NCBI GenBank assembly: GCA_976551045.1
Contig: CDPCPM010000176.1
Coordinates: 3,844,001-3,908,000, forward strand
Reading direction: 5' to 3'
From: Glaucostegus cemiculus
Taxonomy: Eukaryota
Length of the DNA: 64,000 nt
In this document: piece by piece, positions 58,515 through 64,000 of the stretch
Layout: each line of letters starts with the position of its first letter
How positions within the stretch are numbered: the stretch's first letter is position 1
Program-made: the position numbers and the translations under genes
Notes under the pieces: generated by a model
The model's database searches: none
Told to the model about the DNA's origin: nothing
The model's input: the letters and a program-made list of their open reading frames with translations, nothing else

Positions 58515-58805
58515 AGAACATACCAGCAGGCTCAAGGACAGCTTCTATCCCACTGTTATAAGACATGAACAGTTCCCTAGTACAATAAGATGGACTCTTG
58601 ACCTCAAAATCTACTTCATTATGACCTTGCACCTTATTGCCTACTTGCACTGCACTCTCTGTAGCTGTGACACTTTATTTTGCATTCTGTATTGTTTTAC
58701 TACCTTGTACTACCTCAATGAACTATGTAATGTAAAGGGTATGAATGGTAATGCAAGATGTTTTTCCACTGTATCTCAGTACAAATAACAATAATAAATC
58801 AATTC
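58515..58805 (+). mobile_element. Rex1/Babar-like LINE 3' end nested in CR1
   Basis: HTSRLKDSFYPTVIR resembles the Rex1/Babar ORF C-terminus RT.R...SFFP.AIR; same family as 41668-41925. Confidence 0.7.
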
Positions 58806-59096
58806 CAATCTGTGTGAACTGTTCTAGAATCAATGAAATTTTGGAAGTTGACAACCAGTGCATCCATTATCTTCATCTCTTGAAAGAGATTTTGGGATGC
58901 AGGTCAACAGATCCAGGGGTTTTAACTGACCTTCAGTCTCATTAATTTACCCAATACTGCATATTTTATTTCATTATTTTTCAGCTGTTCATTCTCTCTA
59001 GACCTGTTGTTCTTCACTATTTTCAGGAGACTTCTGTGAAGACAGCTAGAAAGTGTGCAATTCATTAATTGGGATTTTTGTCTCCCCCGCCCCCCC

Positions 59097-59320
59097 ACCA
59101 GAGGATGGTTGGAGTCTGGAATGTTCTTCCTGAAGAGGTGGTGAAGACAGAAACTTTCACAATATTTAAACCACCTCTGGACAAATACTTGAATTGCCAA
59201 AGCAGACAAGGCGACAGACCTGATGCGCATAAGTGGAATTAGTACAGGCAAGTACAACAGGAAGCATGGGCACTGTGGGCTGAAGGGGCTGTTTGTGTTG
59301 TATCGCTCTAAGATTCTATA
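59097..59320 (+). mobile_element. CR1 3' end nested in older CR1
   Basis: cagaggatggttggagtctggaatg...gtgggctgaaggggctgtttgtgttgtatcgctcta. Confidence 0.8.
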
Positions 59321-60599
59321 ATTTCTGTCATTTTCTTATTCCCAAATATAGTTTCTCCTCCAAGGAATCCACATTAACATTCTAGTCTTTTTCTTTTTAC
59401 ACTGTTAGAAGTTTTCACACACACTTATTTGTGTTGCTCATTAGATTATTCTGATATTTTGCTGAATTGTCCCAATCCTCAACTTGCTGTTCTTTTAAAC
59501 ATTACAATTAGACCAAAAGAAATTACTATCTTTAACTTCTCATTCGCTATCACTGAACTACTTTTCCTGCTTTTTTTAAAACACCTTAAAGAATAGTTGT
59601 TGTAAATTATGTATTAATTAAAGGTTACTGTCTTGTATTTAAAATACTTTCCCATCTATCATAACGAAGTCATGCCCTATGCCTTTGACATTTGCTTTGA
59701 GTTTAAGACCCTTACTTGAGATTGAGCTAAAATCTCTTCAATCTTTATACAAAATTCCACTTTAGTATGATTACTCTTCCTTAAAAGCTCCCTTAAATAC
59801 AAGATCAACCATTTCTCATACCGAATCTAAAATAGCCTGGTTGCTTCCTTAACACACAGATCTGAAGATCATTTTATATGCACTGCATGAATTATATTGC
59901 TAATTTGTTTTTCCCATTCTATATGTCTCTCATGATGATTATTTTGCTATTTTTGCATGCACATTGATGAATCACTTTGTAAGAATATCTTTGAACTGGA
60001 TATACCAATTTCTATTAATACATTAATTCATCCATTTTGTTATGAACATTGCATGTGTTCAGTCACAGTCTTTAATTTTGTCTTTACCACCAGTTTTACC
60101 TACTATAGTTTACATATTCTGCCCCTTCATTAAATAATTCAGTTACATTACCCATTTTACTATTCTGCATTATCACTATCCTTTCCCTTTAAACTTGCAA
60201 AAATTTCCCCATACCTGACCCCATCCTAAAACGGTTTAGTTACAAACCATCTCTACAGACCTAGTTATTCAATTCACTAGGATACTGGCCCTAGCTCAAT
60301 ACAATCAAAGCTTGTCTCAAAGGAACCTTCGCCCCTAATACTGGTGACAATGCCCCATGAACCCATCTTGCCCACTAACTTTTGAATCATGTATTCAGCT
60401 TTGAAATCTTACTGGCATAGAAGTGGAATATGCCCAGGGTCAGGAAGTGTTCATGGAGAGGCCACTTCTCGTACATTTTGGTAACTTACTCTGTATAATT
60501 CAACAACAAGTCCAGAAGCGAGAAATGTTCCCAGCCAGAAGTATTGTTCCTCAAACTTGTTTTGGACCTGTTATAACAGCACAGAAGGTCACAAACAGG

Positions 60600-61225
60600 C
60601 AGGTTAGAGTGGAATGGAGAATTAAATTGACAGGTAACCGAAGCCCATCACTGCTCTTGCAAATTGAATGCAGATACTCCATAAAGGGTCATCTAATCTA
60701 TTTGGTTTCTGCAATATAGATTGGAAGACGTGCAAGTGAATTTCTGCTTCACCTGGAAGGACCGTTTTCATCCCTGGATAGTGGGAAGGGAAGAAGTTAA
60801 GAACAGGTGTTGCACGTGCTTTGAGAAGAGAAGCAGTTGCTGGAGATAGAAGAGTCAACCAGGGAAAAAACAAAGACATGGTCTGTTTGAATTATTAGGT
60901 GTCTGGTGATGGAATCACATTGAAGATGATGGAAACTGTACAGGATTATCTATTGGAAATGAAGGGTGGTGGGGTGGAATGTGAAGACCTGGAGAATATC
61001 CTTGCTCTGCTCTCACCCTCGCTCCACCTTCACAGAGTCGCTGGAAATAGGTGAGATGTAGTCAAAGACTCTGTCAACTATGGTAGAGGGAAAGCCAAAG
61101 TTCAGGAAGAAGGAAGACATCAAGAGGCACCTATCTGGAAAACCTCATTATTGGGACAATGGAATGGAGCCCTTATAGGAGAAAGACCAGGAAAAAACAG
61201 AGTTGAGAGAGCTGCAGTGGAGTGG
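60600..61225 (-). mobile_element. Penelope-like element ORF relic (GIY-YIG endonuclease region)
   Basis: Minus strand gives TIQG*KRSFQVKQKFTCTSSNL..YIAETK..LDD..MEYL...LPVNL, matching the PLE endonuclease pattern FTC.S.N.+Y...YIGET.R.L..RF.EH. Confidence 0.7.
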
Positions 61226-61229
61226 GAAA

Positions 61230-61575
61230 GAAAAATCTTTTGCTTTCACTCTCTAACTACCTTCATGCATAGCTTCTACATTTCTTTGTTTAAGTTCTCT
61301 TTATAACTGCCCACATTAATACGTCAACCAGATGACTCATTTACAGTTTATCGCATCGACAACCCTAGCCAAACCTTTTCAGAGATATTCTCTTTGTTAT
61401 ATTCCTCTCTCCCCAAACTCTGCAACTTAAAAACCTGTTTTCTCTTTCTCAGATCTGATGAAAGATCTTCAACCTGAAACATTAATTCTGTTTCTCTTTC
61501 TACAGATGCTGCCTTGCTGGTGTTTCTAGCATTTTCTGTTTACATTTCAGATACCCAGCATTTGAAGTTTTTGAA
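61230..61575 (+). mobile_element. Inverted Penelope-like terminal repeat with hammerhead core
   Basis: cagatCTGATGAaagatcttcaacctGAAAcattaattctg at 61450-61490, then acagatgctgcc...agcattttctgtt; opposite orientation to the adjacent ORF relic. Confidence 0.65.
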
Positions 61576-64000
61576 TTTCATGAACTGAAATATCTACCCA
61601 GAAGAAAGTTTATGGTTTACTTTAAAAATTCTAATATCTTAAGCGAAAGATGAAACCTAAGGAAGTAACTGGGAAATCTAGACATACTGCAGTGCGCATG
61701 TAGTTCTTCCATGGTCGCTGACTGCAAAACTATTCTACATAATTAACAAAATTCATTACTCATTGTTTGATAATTGTGTACATTATCAGCTGCAGGCAAG
61801 ACAATTCAGAACAGAGTTCCAAGAGGAAATTTATAATAAGATTAAGTACAAATCAACGCCTTCAATCCAGCTTCTAGTCCTATCCACAATTATTCCCCTC
61901 TGTTAACACTTTCTTCCCCATCTTGTTAGCATTTAGATAACACAGGATTGAAAGTCACCTTTCTTGGTGTGATAGAATATCTTGTGAACTCAACCATGGC
62001 TGATCCCACATTCCACTTCAGGGCTGCCCTGAACTGATCAGCATTGTCTCTTGCTCATCTTTAACTAGTTTAACCAACTTGGAGACAAAATTAGAAATAA
62101 TTAAGGAAAGAAGTCCTGGTGACCCTGAATTTGTAAATTAGAGATAGCATGCTCCAAAGTAACACCTGTGGGCATTGTATGACTAGTTCTCAGAATACGG
62201 AGGAAGAGGCCATCAGTTTCTCAAGAGCATGGATCCCCAATACTTATCTAATTCCACAATAATCAAAATTCAGTTTTGAATGGAAAGGTTGCTATGATTA
62301 ATTTTAAAATTTCACAGATAATCCCATGAGGTGTTCAGGATTTATTCTTAGTAAGTCATCCTTATTTCACATTGGTTGTACAAAGTATAAATATCACCAC
62401 CGCCCCCAACAAAGATTAAGAATGATCAAATTTGGTGCAAGCAAAAAGCAAATATTCTGAAACAAATTTGTCCCTCACATAAAGGAAGACATATTTTGCT
62501 TCACTGAAGTTACTTGTGAAAAAGGGCATAAAAATAAAGTGCAAAGGTGGTGATGTTCTTTTGCAATAATCATTTGGATAAACAAGCAGCTGTGAAACTC
62601 AAACTATTTTAAAACATGACATTTTCTGTATCCCCTCTTACACGAGCTGGATCATTAAGTAAATGGGAGCATTTAATAAAAGGTGATAGAAGAGAGGATT
62701 CTTACTGATTTACACTTACTCAAATTACCACAAGTGGTCTGAACTTCCACCATTTTTAAGATTATGCAAGGATCCATATGGAGAGCCAATTTAAAGGTCA
62801 AGGGCTTTCTATCACTAATTACTAACAAGCTATGATTAATAACATACATGGTTATGAAGGCCATTTGATTCTTCATAGTGTCCTCCTGACCACCGGCTAT
62901 AACGAATGCCTGAAAAGTATATCATTGGGCTTCAGTCAGCTTAATGACCGGACAGAAACAGCAAACATTACAAGCACCACTCACTTTGAGAGTGGATATG
63001 ATTTATTGTTGAAGACACAGAAATTCAAATCAATATAGAGGATGCCTGGTTTGATTTTCAGCATAAAAAGGTACTGCTTTAACCTCTGGGAGATACCAAC
63101 ATGGATAATTTTTCTCCATTTATGTCAGCAATTTGAAATTCTGCCACTCTTCAAGTTGCCAAACTGTGCAGTTCTGCAGCAAATAAGTTTGCTGAATAAT
63201 AACTTAGAAAAGCTAGATTCCTCTAAAAACCTGAGAATTTTGCCTTGACATTTCTCACAGGTTCGCCAGTTCTGTTCAGGCCAGAAGTGAGCATCCTGTT
63301 CCTGTTGCCTCCACTAAACCTTCTTGGTAACATTGAAGGTGGTAAGAAACACGGCAGAGTTCGAAGGTCTGTGATGACACTTACCCAGCCTACAATAAAT
63401 GCATTCTGCATTGCTCAGAAATTGCTCTCCTCAATGATACCGCCCTCAGCATCTATGTAACCAATTACAATGGACGCAATCTTTAATTAAAAATAATGCA
63501 CAGCTCCAATACATGATTCCTTTGTGCAACATATATTTCTACACGGTTGCTGTATATATGTTTGAGGAATCTGACCAAGGCACCTTCGCTAGGATAGGCC
63601 TGGCATTAAAAAAATATCAGCCCATTCAGTTGAGTTTATAGTTTATATGAAGGAAGACAAGCATAAAGCAGTTTATATTTTCAGATAATTTAAACACAAT
63701 CTTTTATTACAAGTTTTAATTTTTAAAAACTTAATTATTTCATTAAAATTCAGTTTTTGTTTGTTTGGAAAGCTTGTGATATCTGGTGTAAAACATTTCT
63801 GTGGGCAAACCCCAACAATTGTTAGGTCTGCCTTCCTTGAGGAAATTACACTGGGGACCTGATAAGATAGGAATGGTTTAGTGAGCAGATGACTGGGGAG
63901 ACTTGGTTTAACGGGCATGTGACTGGGTAAATAAGTCTTACGTATATGTAACTGGCAGTCATCGGCAAAGCTAGCATTTACTGCACATCCTCAATTGCCC

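Larger units (their letters stand above)
57215..60400 (-). mobile_element. Long decayed CR1 LINE carrying nested insertions
   Basis: Minus strand motifs ALVRL.LEYSVQVW, PVSLMSVVGKM and PGSVDLHPKI; tail-like start at 57220. Confidence 0.7.

Noticed and set aside
61332-61340. AP-1 sites (ATGACTCAT here; TGAGTCA/TGACTCA near 7708, 13025, 33025 and 43652) as autoregulation
   Set aside because: About 8 such 7-mers are expected by chance in 64 kb and they are not clustered

Overview
Eukaryotic, AT-rich vertebrate genomic DNA. The repeat content (CR1 LINEs, V-SINE/HE1-like SINEs, Penelope-like elements) suggests a cartilaginous fish, probably a ray; this is inference. The only gene I can support is c-Jun N-terminal kinase 1 (mapk8/JNK1) on the minus strand. 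Nine coding exon positions (ten exons, counting the mutually exclusive 72-nt pair) run from the ATG at 22346 down to 826 and give 353 codons + 1 nt. All have canonical boundaries and the exon sizes expected for JNK (122/130/59/139/166/72/183/125/64). The last exons lie left of the window. Region 22396-64000 appears to be the long 5'-UTR intron, filled with transposon relics. Main points of interest: (1) U12 donors on both mutually exclusive exons, giving a U12/U2 hybrid intron, with a UGCAUG cluster around the beta exon; (2) a CpG-rich 238-bp solo LTR with an ETS-CRE composite motif and an adjacent minus-strand splice donor, a possible alternative mapk8 promoter; (3) Penelope-like inserts carrying hammerhead-ribozyme cores, one sense to the pre-mRNA and covered by its own 70-bp inverted arm; (4) a candidate 47-nt poison exon; (5) an ATG-TGA-ATG element in the 5' UTR. 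Repeat boundaries are approximate unless a TSD is given. Exon numbering counts the unseen non-coding first exon as exon 1. Human JNK comparisons are from memory.
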